Positions 12,589 to 23,230 are shown, numbered from the stretch's first letter. The stretch is DNA of 44,805 nt from an uncultured Gammaproteobacteria bacterium (GCA_965368115.1 CBDULQ010000002.1:1-44805), one strand, 5' to 3'. The notes: generated by a model not told the origin, from the letters alone. Made by a program: numbers and translations.

Positions 12589-13347
12589 ATGAGTATTCTC
12601 ATTGTCGATCCCCAGGTGGACTCTGTGGCAAAGGTACAGAGCTTCTTCACCGAATACGGATTCCAGTGTCCGCAGGTGGTTAAGACTGCAGCGGAAGCAT
12701 GGGCTTATATCGACGAACGCCTGGACGCTGTAGGTAATGATGCCATATCTTTGATCGTGGTAGATGCCCGGCTGGACCAAGGGGATGGCTTTAGTTTTTG
12801 TCAGCAAGTCAGAAAGTCGCCCATCGGCGAGTATGTATACCTGATGGTACTGATCAGCAGCGTCAATAACAGCGTTGCAATCGAAACGGTGAAACACTGT
12901 GGTGCCGATGATTATGCCGTGAAGCCCTATGAGGGAAAAGAATTTTTCAGGCATTTGATCCGGTTTGCCAATCGGCGCGTTGTACTGCTGATCGAAGATG
13001 ATCCGGCCCTGCAGATGCTGATCTCCGGCCTGTTGCATAAACAACATATCGAACTGATGGTCTGCGACGACGGCCTGAAAGCTTACAACCTGATCAACAA
13101 GATCGCACCACCGCGACTGGTGTTGATGGATATCGGCCTGCCTAATAAGAGTGGCGTCCAACTGGTTAAACATATTCGCGATAAATCCATCTGGCGCAAG
13201 ACGCCGATCATAATGCTTACTGCGAGTACCAGCGCCGACGATGTCAAAAGCTCGCTGAGTGGGGGCGCGAGCGAATACATCGTCAAGCCCTTTCAACCCG
13301 CTGACTTTGTCAATCGCATCAGCAAATACCTGAGTGCGGCCGGATAG
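12589..13347 (+). CDS. Response regulator with two tandem receiver domains and no output domain
   Basis: REC1 ILIVDP..VVDARL..GADDYAVKP; REC2 LIEDD..LMDIGLP..MLTAS..EYIVKPF. Confidence 0.88.
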   Translation: MSILIVDPQVDSVAKVQSFFTEYGFQCPQVVKTAAEAWAYIDERLDAVGNDAISLIVVDARLDQGDGFSFCQQVRKSPIGEYVYLMVLISSVNNSVAIETVKHCGADDYAVKPYEGKEFFRHLIRFANRRVVLLIEDDPALQMLISGLLHKQHIELMVCDDGLKAYNLINKIAPPRLVLMDIGLPNKSGVQLVKHIRDKSIWRKTPIIMLTASTSADDVKSSLSGGASEYIVKPFQPADFVNRISKYLSAAG

Positions 13348-13350
13348 CTT

Positions 13351-16041
13351 ATGGAAGTCGCAGACGTACGGCAGGCTTTTGCGCGTTGGAACCAGGCGCA
13401 GCTGCAACGTATGCTGGAAGATTACAGTACGGAACAGCAGGCGGCATTACAACTCATACCCCTGATCTTCCATATCAATCATCGATTATTACCGGGATAT
13501 AACGGGCCGGATACACCGGCGGGTATCTATGGCTACAAGCCTGAGAAAGATGTTATCGAACTGGGCAGGCAATTTAATCGTCGTTTTAATTATCAGCAGG
13601 AACGGGTGCTGAAGAATGCCATTATCGATGCTGTTTATCTACAACAGGATTTTATTCACAAACAACTTACCCTGTGGCTGATTCATTTTCCGGGACTTAA
13701 ACCGGAGCAGTTCCACGAACTGAATGATAAGCTGCAGCGCGTCGCAGCCTGGTTACGCAATCGCGACATACACTGCCATACTCATCTGCTCAGTGCCGAA
13801 CAACTGGCGTCACTGGAGGTTGATAAGCTGGCGCAGGATGTCAGGGTGCCGGCGCTATTTATCGATCAGTTCTATCTCCAGGCGCGGTGTCTGGCTGGAA
13901 AATACCCCGCCTGGTGGCTGGTTCCCGCACATGAAGAAGCGAAGTATGCCCGTGCATTGCAGCGCATCGTCGATGCCATGTTCGTCAATCCGGACGAGTT
14001 TATCGACCTGGGTGCTATTTCGGTCGAGGAACCGCGACAGCTACTGGAGCAGGCCAGTGTCGAAACTCATCATTTATACGAAGCGCCGGAAATCTGCTGG
14101 TTAAAACTGGTTGTGTTGAGTACACGTTTCAATCACTGGCCGTCTGTCGACAGTCCGGCATCGCGGCTCAAGCTGGCCATTGTGGACCAGTCATCCGCCG
14201 CCGAGCTGACACCTGAATCAGTTTGCCTGGCCCTGGTTGAAGATCTACTGGAAGCGCCGGAAGATACCATTGCTGCTGCTGAAATGCAGACGTTGCTGAT
14301 GCAGTTGCAACAGTTGCCCGAAGACAGCATATCGCCACTGGTGGCGCGTCTGGCACAGATGCATCTGCAACACGCGCCATTGCAGCATCGAAAAAAAACC
14401 GAACTGGCCGGCATGATGAATGGACTGCAGGCTCTGTTTCAACATATCGGCGAACTGTTTTCCCGGATGCTGTTTCGATATCGTCAGATTGATGATAGTG
14501 AGGAACACCTGCCGACTCTGACTGCCGCCGAAGCGATGCTGGGTTACCTGAAACCGACACAGGAGAGGGTGGCCGTTTACAACACCCGCCTTCTGCCGGA
14601 GATGGTCATTGGTCGCATGATTCTGCGCTTCGATCCGGAGCATGCTCCACAACAGGCCTGGCAACTGGTGCTGGCGCTGGATGAAGTACGCGAACGGATA
14701 CTGGGGCGATTTTCCAACCTGCTGTCGTTGCTGGCCTGGGCACTGCTGAATCGGCTGGTCGACCAGGGCACACAAATTTCCATTGATCATCCTTCACGCA
14801 TGGTGAAACAGATCGAAGCGCGTCAGGTGCTGGAGACCCTGCTGCAGCGACTGGATGTGGAAGCCCTGTTGCATCCGCGCGAAAAGCTGTTCGAACAGGA
14901 CAATCGCCCGCAACAGGCACTGGTGTTCAGTCACCTGACCGCGAGCGAAGAATATCAGCAGCGTATGGCTTCCGATACCGCTTTCGATCCATTGCTGTTC
15001 GGCAGTGAAGACGAACTCACCGTAAGTTGCGAGCAACTGGTGCTGCATAGCTGGGGTGACGTTCAGGTGCGTCAGTACACCGGCAACCTGGGCGTATTGC
15101 AATGTCTGTGCGACTGGTTGAGTACCGGTGATGCCGACGCGGGTCGGCAACCGGGTGATTTGCATAGCTACGGTTACTCTGCGGGTATCAGTACCTTCTG
15201 GTCGCAACGTATCGAACAGATCTATGCCGATCTGCAGCAGTTTTTTTATTCCGATGGCCACTGGTCGGGGCGTTTCGTGGTGCGTATGGGGCCGGAATAT
15301 TTCCTCATCGAGTCGCAGGACACCACGCTGGGTGTCGGTCGTGTCGGCACTGAACAACAGATGCTGGCGAGACTTGAACGGGCCAGCGATCAGTTTAAGA
15401 CTACCGGTATCGAGCGCTTTGCGTTTTCAGATATGCCGCTGGGTAGTATTTACAAACGCAATCGAGCCGGTGTGGTGCAGATATTTTTCCAGTTGTTGAA
15501 CCGGCAGTGCCGAACCTGGGTGCTGGATGAGCAGGGTAGTCTCTGGTACCAGCAGCAGCTCTGGTTTGACCGTTCGAGTTACATCGCACACTGGTTATAC
15601 GTGATGCGTAACCTGCGCACTCGTTTGAAGAAAATCAGTTACCAGCAACGTGAATTGCCGGGACTGGAGATTTTTCATCTCAGCAACAATGCGTTGGGCG
15701 TGCTCGAGTGTCATCCGGTCGGGTCCGAGTCCATCACCGCGGAACGTGGCTTTATCGATGTGCAACTGACGGTGGATGTGGTCGACGACCAGGATCGGGT
15801 GAGTTTGATCTGTGACGGTCATCTTTTCGATTATGGCCGTTACGGTGATCGGGTACTGGATGAAGCGGTCCGTTATATCCGTGGACGTTTCGGTCGCCAG
15901 GGGTTACAGCCGGTCTATGTGACCGACATCGAAGCGCCGTTGCGCTTATATGGTGTTGAGAACCGGGAGCAGATTCAGGTCAATCATTTCTTGCGGTACA
16001 AACGTAATATCGAACAACGTCTGTACCAGTTGCTAATGTGA
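13351..16041 (+). CDS. Class I adenylate cyclase (CyaA)-like protein with degenerate catalytic motifs
   Basis: LIPLIFHINHRLLPGY..PAGI, FIDQFY..LAGK..WWLVP, EFIDLG and HSWGDV resemble CyaA; the GS...DLDIW motif is replaced by LQQDFIHKQLTLW. Confidence 0.8.
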   Translation: MEVADVRQAFARWNQAQLQRMLEDYSTEQQAALQLIPLIFHINHRLLPGYNGPDTPAGIYGYKPEKDVIELGRQFNRRFNYQQERVLKNAIIDAVYLQQDFIHKQLTLWLIHFPGLKPEQFHELNDKLQRVAAWLRNRDIHCHTHLLSAEQLASLEVDKLAQDVRVPALFIDQFYLQARCLAGKYPAWWLVPAHEEAKYARALQRIVDAMFVNPDEFIDLGAISVEEPRQLLEQASVETHHLYEAPEICWLKLVVLSTRFNHWPSVDSPASRLKLAIVDQSSAAELTPESVCLALVEDLLEAPEDTIAAAEMQTLLMQLQQLPEDSISPLVARLAQMHLQHAPLQHRKKTELAGMMNGLQALFQHIGELFSRMLFRYRQIDDSEEHLPTLTAAEAMLGYLKPTQERVAVYNTRLLPEMVIGRMILRFDPEHAPQQAWQLVLALDEVRERILGRFSNLLSLLAWALLNRLVDQGTQISIDHPSRMVKQIEARQVLETLLQRLDVEALLHPREKLFEQDNRPQQALVFSHLTASEEYQQRMASDTAFDPLLFGSEDELTVSCEQLVLHSWGDVQVRQYTGNLGVLQCLCDWLSTGDADAGRQPGDLHSYGYSAGISTFWSQRIEQIYADLQQFFYSDGHWSGRFVVRMGPEYFLIESQDTTLGVGRVGTEQQMLARLERASDQFKTTGIERFAFSDMPLGSIYKRNRAGVVQIFFQLLNRQCRTWVLDEQGSLWYQQQLWFDRSSYIAHWLYVMRNLRTRLKKISYQQRELPGLEIFHLSNNALGVLECHPVGSESITAERGFIDVQLTVDVVDDQDRVSLICDGHLFDYGRYGDRVLDEAVRYIRGRFGRQGLQPVYVTDIEAPLRLYGVENREQIQVNHFLRYKRNIEQRLYQLLM

Positions 16042-16587
16042 TTCCAGTCGTGCCAGTTCGTTGAGGATAGACACCACCAGCGATTCGCCCTGCGGGCCAA
16101 TTTTATCGCACAGTTTGTCGACATCACGTTCACCGTCCACCAGGGGTTTGATCAGTGCGCTGAAGCGGGCCAGGTCGCCCTGGGTGGACGCCATCTGTTC
16201 CGCCATGCCGCCGAGCATGGTGAGTGCGCCGGCATCACCGGTAGCGGCGGCATGAATCAGTTGCGCCAGCATCGGTGCCGCCATGGTCGGGTCGGCATCC
16301 TGTTGTGTGCTGGGCAGGCTACTCGGGTCCTGTAAACCGCGCAGTATGGCATCGACAATGATACTGTCTTCTTCGTCCAGCCCTTTCAGAATGCTGCTGT
16401 CCCGTTCGCCCTTGATCACGCGACGAATCGCTTTCACCAGGCTGCCCCAGCCATTCTGTTCGGAAATGTTCAGCACATGTTCCAGTGCCGGCATTTGAGT
16501 GTTGTCGTGAATCGCCTCCACCACTTTGATAACCAGTGGACCGTGAATCTGTAACACCTGCTGTTGTTTGTCGGGTACGAAGTTCAT
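16033..16587 (-). CDS. Hypothetical all-helical protein with an internal duplication
   Basis: 184-aa ORF with AAGGA RBS, 39 bp downstream of valS; repeated ..GERD..L..L motifs. Confidence 0.75.
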   Translation of the reverse strand: MNFVPDKQQQVLQIHGPLVIKVVEAIHDNTQMPALEHVLNISEQNGWGSLVKAIRRVIKGERDSSILKGLDEEDSIIVDAILRGLQDPSSLPSTQQDADPTMAAPMLAQLIHAAATGDAGALTMLGGMAEQMASTQGDLARFSALIKPLVDGERDVDKLCDKIGPQGESLVVSILNELARLESH

Positions 16588-16626
16588 GGCGGTTTCCTTG
16601 TTAAAGTCGGTTTCGCGAAAGATTTT

Positions 16627-19398
16627 TTATAGTTTGCTGATGCGATCCAGCTGTTCCTGCAACTGGGCGATGGCATGTTCCATCTCGGCGACCCGGTCGC
16701 GTTCTTTCTGCACCACGGCTTCGGGGGCCTTGTCGGCGAAGTTCGGATTGTCCAGCTTGGCCTTGCTCTTTTGCAGGTTGCCGTCGATCTTGCCGATTTC
16801 CTTGTTCAGGCGCGCCATTTCCGCGTCTTTGTCGATGAGTCCGGCCAGCGGAATCAGTAGTTTCATTTCGCCCACCAGTGCAGTGGCGGACTCCGGTGCC
16901 TGTTCGTCATTGCCCAGGAAAGTGACTGATTCGAGTTTGGCCAGGGTATTGATGAACGCATCGTTGTTATTGAAACGTTGTTGATCGTCGTTCGAGGCAT
17001 TCTGCAGCAATACCGGCAAGGGCTTGCCCGGTGCGATGTCCATTTCGGAACGAATCCGGCGTACGCCCATGACGAAGGTCTTCACCCATTCCAGTTCCTG
17101 TTCCGCGGTCGCATCACGTTTGCTATCGTCCCCGGTGGGATAAGCGCAGGTCATCACGGTATCGGCTTTCACAGCCGCCAGCGGTGCGACACGTTGCCAG
17201 AGTTCTTCGGTGATATAAGGCATGATCGGATGACACAGGCGCAGGATGCTTTCCAGTACCCGCACCAGCGTTTGCCGGGTACCGCGTTTCTGGGCATCGC
17301 TGGATTCTTTCATCAATACAGGCTTGGAGAGTTCCAGGTACCAGTCGCAGTACTCTTCCCAGATGAAGGCATACAAATCACGTGCCGCCATATCGAAACG
17401 ATAGGCGTTGATGTGTTCATTCACGCTATCGGACACCGATTGCAGACGCGACAGAATCCAGCGGTCCGCCAGTGAGTATTCCACGTCGTTATCGTCGATG
17501 CCGGTATCCTGGTCTTCGGTGTTCATCAGCACATAGCGTGTCGCATTCCATAATTTGTTACAGAAATTGCGATAACCTTCGATCCGGCTCAGGTCGAAAC
17601 GAATGTCGCGGCCGGTAGAGGCCAGTGCGGCAAAGGTGAAACGCAGGGCATCGGTGCCGAAGGCCGGGATGCCGTCGGCAAATTGCTTGCGTGTGGATTT
17701 CTCGATTTTCTTCGCCATCTGCGGTTGCATCAGACCGCTGGTGCGTTTCTCGACCAGGCTTTCCAGTTCGATACCGTCGATCAGATCGATGGGGTCGAGT
17801 ACATTGCCTTTCGATTTCGACATCTTCTGGCCTTCCGCATCGCGCACCAGACCGTGGATGTAAATTTCCTTAAAGGGCACATCGCCCATGAATTTCAGGC
17901 CCATCATGATCATGCGCGCAACCCAGAAGAAAATGATGTCGAAGCCGGTGACCAGCACGCTGGTCGGGTAGAACGTCTGCAGGCGATCGGTCTGTTGCGG
18001 CCAGCCCAGAGTGGAGAAAGGCCACAGGGCAGAGGAAAACCAGGTGTCGAGCACGTCTTCGTCCTGGCTCAGTTTGACGTCTGCGCCGAGATTATACTTT
18101 TCGCGTACCGCCGCTTCGTTATCGGCGACATAGACCTTGCCGTCTTCGTCGTACCACGCGGGAATGCGATGCCCCCACCAGATCTGGCGGGAGATACACC
18201 AGTCCTGAATGTTGTTCATCCATTCGTAATAGGTTTTGTCCCAGTTTTCCGGCACGAATTTAATGCGGCCGTCTTTCACGGCGGCGATGGCCGGTTCCGC
18301 CAGCGGCGCGATTTTCACGAACCACTGATCGGTGAGATAAGGTTCGACGACCGCACCTGAACGGTCACCGCGCGGCACCATCAGTTTGTGGTCGTCGATT
18401 TTTTCCAGCAGGTCGAGTTCTTTCAGGTCGTGGATGATCACGTCACGGGCTTCGTAACGATCCAGGCCGCGATATTTTTCCGGTGCATTGTCGTTGATGC
18501 AGGCATCCACAGTGAGGATATTGATCATCGGCAGATTATGGCGCTGTCCCATTTCATAGTCGTTGAAGTCGTGGGCCGGGGTGATCTTCACACAGCCGGA
18601 GCCGAATTCCGGGTCGACGTAATCGTCGCCGATGATGGGAATTTCGCGGCCTACCAGCGGCAGGGAGATGGTCTTGCCGATAAAGTCCCTGTAGCGTTCG
18701 TCATCGGGATGAACGGCAACGGCGGTGTCACCGAGCATGGTTTCGGGACGTGTCGTCGCTACCACCAGCTGGCCGGAACCGTCGGTGAGCGGATAACGCA
18801 TGTGCCACAGGTGACCCTGCTCTTCTTCGGAGATGACTTCCAGATCGGAGACCGCGGTGTGCAGTACCGGGTCCCAGTTGACCAGGCGTTGACCGCGATA
18901 GATCAGGCCCTCGTCGTACAGATCGATAAACACTTTATGCACCGCGGCGGACAGGCCGTCATCCATGGTGAAGCGTTCGTGGGTCCAGTCCAGTGAACCG
19001 CCCATGCGGCGCAACTGGCGAGTGATGCTGCCGCCGGACTGTTCCTTCCATTGCCAGACCCGCTCGATGAAGGCGTCGCGGCCCAGGTCGTGGCGGCTTT
19101 TATTTTCGGCGTTGAGCTGACGTTCCACGACCATTTGTGTCGCGATCCCCGCATGGTCGGTGCCCGCCTGCCACAGGGTATTGTCGCCTTTCATGCGGTG
19201 ATAACGGATCAGCGCATCCATGATGGTGTCCTGGAAGGCGTGGCCCATGTGCAGGGTACCCGTGACATTGGGTGGCGGGATCATGATGCAGTAGCTGGCG
19301 CTGTCGCGATCATCTTCGCGGGGCGCGAAATAACCCCGGTCTTCCCAGGTCTGATACCACTTCTGTTCGATCGCTTGCGGGTTGTAGGTTTTATCCAT
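16627..19398 (-). CDS. valS: Valine--tRNA ligase
   Basis: [13 protein letters not shown] (HIGH), [18 protein letters not shown]-terminal coiled coil. Confidence 0.99.
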   Translation of the reverse strand: MDKTYNPQAIEQKWYQTWEDRGYFAPREDDRDSASYCIMIPPPNVTGTLHMGHAFQDTIMDALIRYHRMKGDNTLWQAGTDHAGIATQMVVERQLNAENKSRHDLGRDAFIERVWQWKEQSGGSITRQLRRMGGSLDWTHERFTMDDGLSAAVHKVFIDLYDEGLIYRGQRLVNWDPVLHTAVSDLEVISEEEQGHLWHMRYPLTDGSGQLVVATTRPETMLGDTAVAVHPDDERYRDFIGKTISLPLVGREIPIIGDDYVDPEFGSGCVKITPAHDFNDYEMGQRHNLPMINILTVDACINDNAPEKYRGLDRYEARDVIIHDLKELDLLEKIDDHKLMVPRGDRSGAVVEPYLTDQWFVKIAPLAEPAIAAVKDGRIKFVPENWDKTYYEWMNNIQDWCISRQIWWGHRIPAWYDEDGKVYVADNEAAVREKYNLGADVKLSQDEDVLDTWFSSALWPFSTLGWPQQTDRLQTFYPTSVLVTGFDIIFFWVARMIMMGLKFMGDVPFKEIYIHGLVRDAEGQKMSKSKGNVLDPIDLIDGIELESLVEKRTSGLMQPQMAKKIEKSTRKQFADGIPAFGTDALRFTFAALASTGRDIRFDLSRIEGYRNFCNKLWNATRYVLMNTEDQDTGIDDNDVEYSLADRWILSRLQSVSDSVNEHINAYRFDMAARDLYAFIWEEYCDWYLELSKPVLMKESSDAQKRGTRQTLVRVLESILRLCHPIMPYITEELWQRVAPLAAVKADTVMTCAYPTGDDSKRDATAEQELEWVKTFVMGVRRIRSEMDIAPGKPLPVLLQNASNDDQQRFNNNDAFINTLAKLESVTFLGNDEQAPESATALVGEMKLLIPLAGLIDKDAEMARLNKEIGKIDGNLQKSKAKLDNPNFADKAPEAVVQKERDRVAEMEHAIAQLQEQLDRISKL

Positions 19399-19434
19399 TG
19401 TCAGCTTTAATAATTCGGAGAAAAAAGAGGCGAA

Positions 19435-19463
19435 ATTATACCTTAGCTGGCAGGTCCGGGTAA
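19435..19463 (-). promoter_or_regulatory. Putative sigma70 promoter of valS
   Basis: Minus strand TTACCC-17 nt-TATAAT. Confidence 0.5.
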
Positions 19464-19492
19464 GGGTGATGCCGTGTCGGGACGCAGGTGGA

Positions 19493-19777
19493 TCAGCGTT
19501 TGCGGCGCTGCGCCAGTTTATCGAGCACCGAACGGGTGAGTTGTTGTTTGAGCTGTTCCTCGATCGTCGCCAGCTGCTCGTTGAGTACGTCCTGCACCAG
19601 CAGTTCGACGGTTTCGCGCATGTCGTCGGATACCGCGCTCAAGGGGGCGGGGCGATCATGTTCGCCGTCGACGTCGTCGAACATATGGGCGTCGAAGTGA
19701 TTCTTCATGTCCGGGTCACCCGCTTCGATGATGTCGGTGAGGACGGGGATATCGGTGTCGGTGGATGGATTATTCAT
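19493..19777 (-). CDS. Small acidic protein (DUF2486-like) between holC and valS
   Basis: IPVLTDII motif, acidic linker, C-terminal helix; ATGA overlap with holC. Confidence 0.7.
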   Translation of the reverse strand: MNNPSTDTDIPVLTDIIEAGDPDMKNHFDAHMFDDVDGEHDRPAPLSAVSDDMRETVELLVQDVLNEQLATIEEQLKQQLTRSVLDKLAQRRKR

Positions 19778-20205
19778 GGCTGATTCATTTCGTGGTGGTG
19801 CAGTTCATGGCCCTGCTCGCGATACATTTTATAGTGTTCGCGACCGCGCTGTTTGAGACCCGCTTCCTGATTGACGATTTCCGCTACCCGCTCCGCCGCA
19901 TCCGGCTGCACGGTATCGGCACACATATTGATGAGTAGAGGAACCTGCGGCAGCGGCTGATTTCCGGGGCCGATCAGAATCGGTTGCTGGTCCTGATCCT
20001 CGCCGCCGGCCAGACCGTGCGGGATGAAACTACCGTCACGGAAGGTCCACAGCAGGTCGTCCATGCGTCGCGCTTCGTCGCCGTTTTCGGTACGGATCAG
20101 GATGCGCTGGCCCTGTTGCCAGGCTTTTTCAGCCAGGCGACAGGCGAACAGGCGCAGGTTGTTGAGGTTGTCGTCCGGTAGAATGTAGAAATCCACCCGC
20201 GCCAT
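19774..20205 (-). CDS. holC: DNA polymerase III subunit chi
   Basis: RVDFYIL, ACRLAEKA, DDLLWTF..SFIPH; pepA-holC-valS synteny. Confidence 0.95.
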   Translation of the reverse strand: MARVDFYILPDDNLNNLRLFACRLAEKAWQQGQRILIRTENGDEARRMDDLLWTFRDGSFIPHGLAGGEDQDQQPILIGPGNQPLPQVPLLINMCADTVQPDAAERVAEIVNQEAGLKQRGREHYKMYREQGHELHHHEMNQP

Positions 20206-20206
20206 A

Positions 20207-21715
20207 TCAGCGTTCGATACCCAGGTTATCCATGCGATCGAAAATGTACTGCATCAGCAACGGCACCGGCCGGCCAGTGGCGCCTTTGTCCTTGCCGGAC
20301 TTGTTGGCAATACCGGCGATGTCCAGGTGTGCCCAGCGGTATTTTTTAGTGAAGCGGGACAGGAATGCTGCGGCGGTGATGCTGCCGCCGGCGCGGCCGC
20401 CGATGTTGGCCATGTCGGCGAAGTTGCTGTCCAGTTGTTCCTGGTAATCGTCCCATAGCGGCATTTCCCAGCAGCGGTCGCCGGACGTTTTGCCCGCATT
20501 GAGCAGATCGTTGATCAGCGGATTATGATTGCCCATCAAACCGGCGGGCTGATGACCCAGGGCGATGATGATGGCGCCGGTGAGGGTGGCGATGTCGATT
20601 ACCACGTCCGGGTCGAATTTACCCGCATAGGTGAGAGCGTCGCACAGAATCAGTCGACCTTCCGCATCGGTGTTGAGTATTTCAATGGTTTGTCCGGACA
20701 TGCTGGTGACGATATCGCCGGGTTTGGTGGCCTGGCCGTCGGGCAGGTTTTCGGTGGCCGGTACGACGCCCACCAGGTTGATGCCCAGTTGCAGTTCGGC
20801 ACAGGCGCTGAGGGTGCCGAACACGCTGGCAGCACCACACATGTCGAATTTCATTTCGTCCATGTCCAGGCCCGGTTTGAGGCTGATGCCGCCGGAGTCG
20901 AAGGTCACACCCTTACCCACCAGCACGATGGGTTTCATGTCTTTCGGTCCGCCATGGTATTGCATGGCGATCAGCTTGGCGGGCTGACGACTGCCACGGG
21001 CAACCGACAGCAGCGAGCCCATGCCGAGTTCTTCCATATCGGCTTCTTCGAGCACGTCGACTTTGAAATTGCGATAGGTCTTTTCCAGTGCACGGGCCTG
21101 TTCCGACAGGTAGGTTGGGGTACAGACATTACCCGGCAGATTGGCCAGGTCCTTGGTCAGGGTAATACCCGAGGCGATGGCCATACCGGTGCGCACCGCC
21201 TGTTCGCCCAGCGGCAGTTCGCGACGGCTGGGCACACTGAAGATCATGCGGCGCAGCGGTCGGCGATTGTTTTCTTTCTTGCTCTTCATCTGATCGAAGC
21301 GGTACAGGGCGTCTTCGGTCGCCAGTACCGCCTGGCTGACTTTCCAGCCGGTGTCGCGGTTCTTCACATTCTGTTCGGTGAGACAGGAAAAGACTTCGGT
21401 GGCGCCGCGCTCGTCGAGAAACTTGGCGACCAGACTGTTGACGGTGTGGAAGGCCTTGGTATCGAAATTCTTTTCACGACCGCAACCGATCAGCAGAATG
21501 CGATCACACAGGGTGTTGGGCACATTGTGCAATAACAGGGTCTGTCCCAGTTTGCCTTCGCATTCACCACGGCGGATCAGGTTGGAAATATAACCTTCAC
21601 TGACTTCGTCCAGAATCTGTGCTGAGTGGGACAGTTTGCGGGACTCGAAAATGCCGGCCGCAACGCAGGAAATGCGTTGTTTTTCCGGGCTACCACTTTT
21701 GACCGAGAATTCCAT
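20207..21715 (-). CDS. pepA: Leucyl aminopeptidase
   Basis: GKGVTFDSGGISLK, MKFDMCGAA, NTDAEGRL. Confidence 0.97.
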   Translation of the reverse strand: MEFSVKSGSPEKQRISCVAAGIFESRKLSHSAQILDEVSEGYISNLIRRGECEGKLGQTLLLHNVPNTLCDRILLIGCGREKNFDTKAFHTVNSLVAKFLDERGATEVFSCLTEQNVKNRDTGWKVSQAVLATEDALYRFDQMKSKKENNRRPLRRMIFSVPSRRELPLGEQAVRTGMAIASGITLTKDLANLPGNVCTPTYLSEQARALEKTYRNFKVDVLEEADMEELGMGSLLSVARGSRQPAKLIAMQYHGGPKDMKPIVLVGKGVTFDSGGISLKPGLDMDEMKFDMCGAASVFGTLSACAELQLGINLVGVVPATENLPDGQATKPGDIVTSMSGQTIEILNTDAEGRLILCDALTYAGKFDPDVVIDIATLTGAIIIALGHQPAGLMGNHNPLINDLLNAGKTSGDRCWEMPLWDDYQEQLDSNFADMANIGGRAGGSITAAAFLSRFTKKYRWAHLDIAGIANKSGKDKGATGRPVPLLMQYIFDRMDNLGIER

Positions 21716-22117
21716 ACCTACTCCAAATTTCTCATTTTGTCTGCATGTTTTATAAATATTTAATTCGATGTTTTATCCAGCCAACCGTTCCTCGTCGACT
21801 ACAGCCGCCGATTGGGCTGGGACCGGAAATTAATTGAACGCTGGCCGGTCTGATTAGGCCTGATTTTATGCAATGTGACCATTGATATACAGAGAAATTT
21901 GCAAAAAAGGAGAAATTTGGCATCAGATGGCTAAAATATGCCAAATCGTCCGCGAAACCGCGCTAAGCGGGTGAATTTACATGGTATGACGATGCAGCGC
22001 CGGGCATTTATTTGATGCAACCGGAGCCGGATTTGGCCTGACTATCTATATCATCTACCGGATTTGTGTTGAATCCCTGTAAAATGTCCAGACATCCCTC
22101 ACATCATTGAGTACCGA

Positions 22118-23230
22118 ATGCACAGATTGCTGACCATTATCGATCGCTATGTCGCCAGAGAACTCTGGCTGACCTGGCTGGCGGTGACCCTGGTACTCAT
22201 GCTGATCCTGTTGAGCAGCACCCTGGCGCGCCTGCTTGGCAAGGCAGCGGACGGTTCCATTCCCAGTGACGTGGTGTTTCCCCTGTTGCTGGTCACCGGT
22301 GCGCGATACCTGATCCTGCTGGTGCCGTTGAGTCTGTATCTGGGTATTCTGCTCACTTTCAGTCGACTCTATAAAGATAACGAGATGGCGGCACTGGGTG
22401 CCTGCGGCATTGGTACCAGGCGCCTGTATCGCCCCCTGCTGCTGGTGGCGATGCCGGTCAGTGTGATGATGATGATGCTCACCCTGTGGCTGATGCCGCT
22501 GGTGGCCCAGCAGGGTCAGGTCATCAAGGCCGGCGTGGAGAGTCGTTCCGAATTAAGTGGAATGGCGGCGGGTCGTTTCAACGAAGCGCGTGACGGCAAG
22601 GCGATTATGTTTCTGGAGCGCCAGTCGGAAGACGGGCACTACATGGAGAACGTTTTCCTGCACCGCGGCAGTGAGCAGGGTGATCGAATCGAAACGGCAG
22701 ATCGGGCGCGTCGTTATCAGGATACGGAAGGACGCCAGTTCATCATGTTCGAAAACGGTGAATTCTATCAGGGAGAGCCGGGACAGCGTGATTACACCAT
22801 TACCCGTTACAGCAAACACGGTATTTATATTGCCGAAGCGGAACTGGTTCAGAATATCACTCGCAATGATGCCATGAGCACTGCTGCACTCTGGGCATCG
22901 GACCAACCCTATCATCGTGCCGAACTGCAGTGGCGATTATCCATTCCTGTAGCCTGTTTGTTGCTGGCCATACTGGCGTTGCCACTGAGTTATACCACGC
23001 CGCGCAAGGGACGTTATTCCAAACTGGCGCTGGCGATTCTGATTTACCTGATTTATTCCAACCTGCTCGGTGTCGGTCAGACCTGGGTGGAACGACAACT
23101 GGTGCCCAACTGGCTGGGTATCTGGTGGGTACATGGTTTTGCCCTGTTGTTGATCATCGGCTGGTGGATTACCCGCGCCGGTGGCCTGAGCCGGCTTTTC
23201 ATCAAGCCCGTGCCGAGTCCGCAGACATGA
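22118..23230 (+). CDS. lptF: LPS export ABC transporter permease LptF
   Basis: IIDRYVARE, RLYKDNEM, AELQWRLS; divergent from pepA. Confidence 0.93.
   Translation: MHRLLTIIDRYVARELWLTWLAVTLVLMLILLSSTLARLLGKAADGSIPSDVVFPLLLVTGARYLILLVPLSLYLGILLTFSRLYKDNEMAALGACGIGTRRLYRPLLLVAMPVSVMMMMLTLWLMPLVAQQGQVIKAGVESRSELSGMAAGRFNEARDGKAIMFLERQSEDGHYMENVFLHRGSEQGDRIETADRARRYQDTEGRQFIMFENGEFYQGEPGQRDYTITRYSKHGIYIAEAELVQNITRNDAMSTAALWASDQPYHRAELQWRLSIPVACLLLAILALPLSYTTPRKGRYSKLALAILIYLIYSNLLGVGQTWVERQLVPNWLGIWWVHGFALLLIIGWWITRAGGLSRLFIKPVPSPQT

Noticed and set aside
22930-23226. N-terminal extension of LptG
   Set aside because: It overlaps lptF in another frame; the typical ILDRY start and ATGA coupling are at 23227
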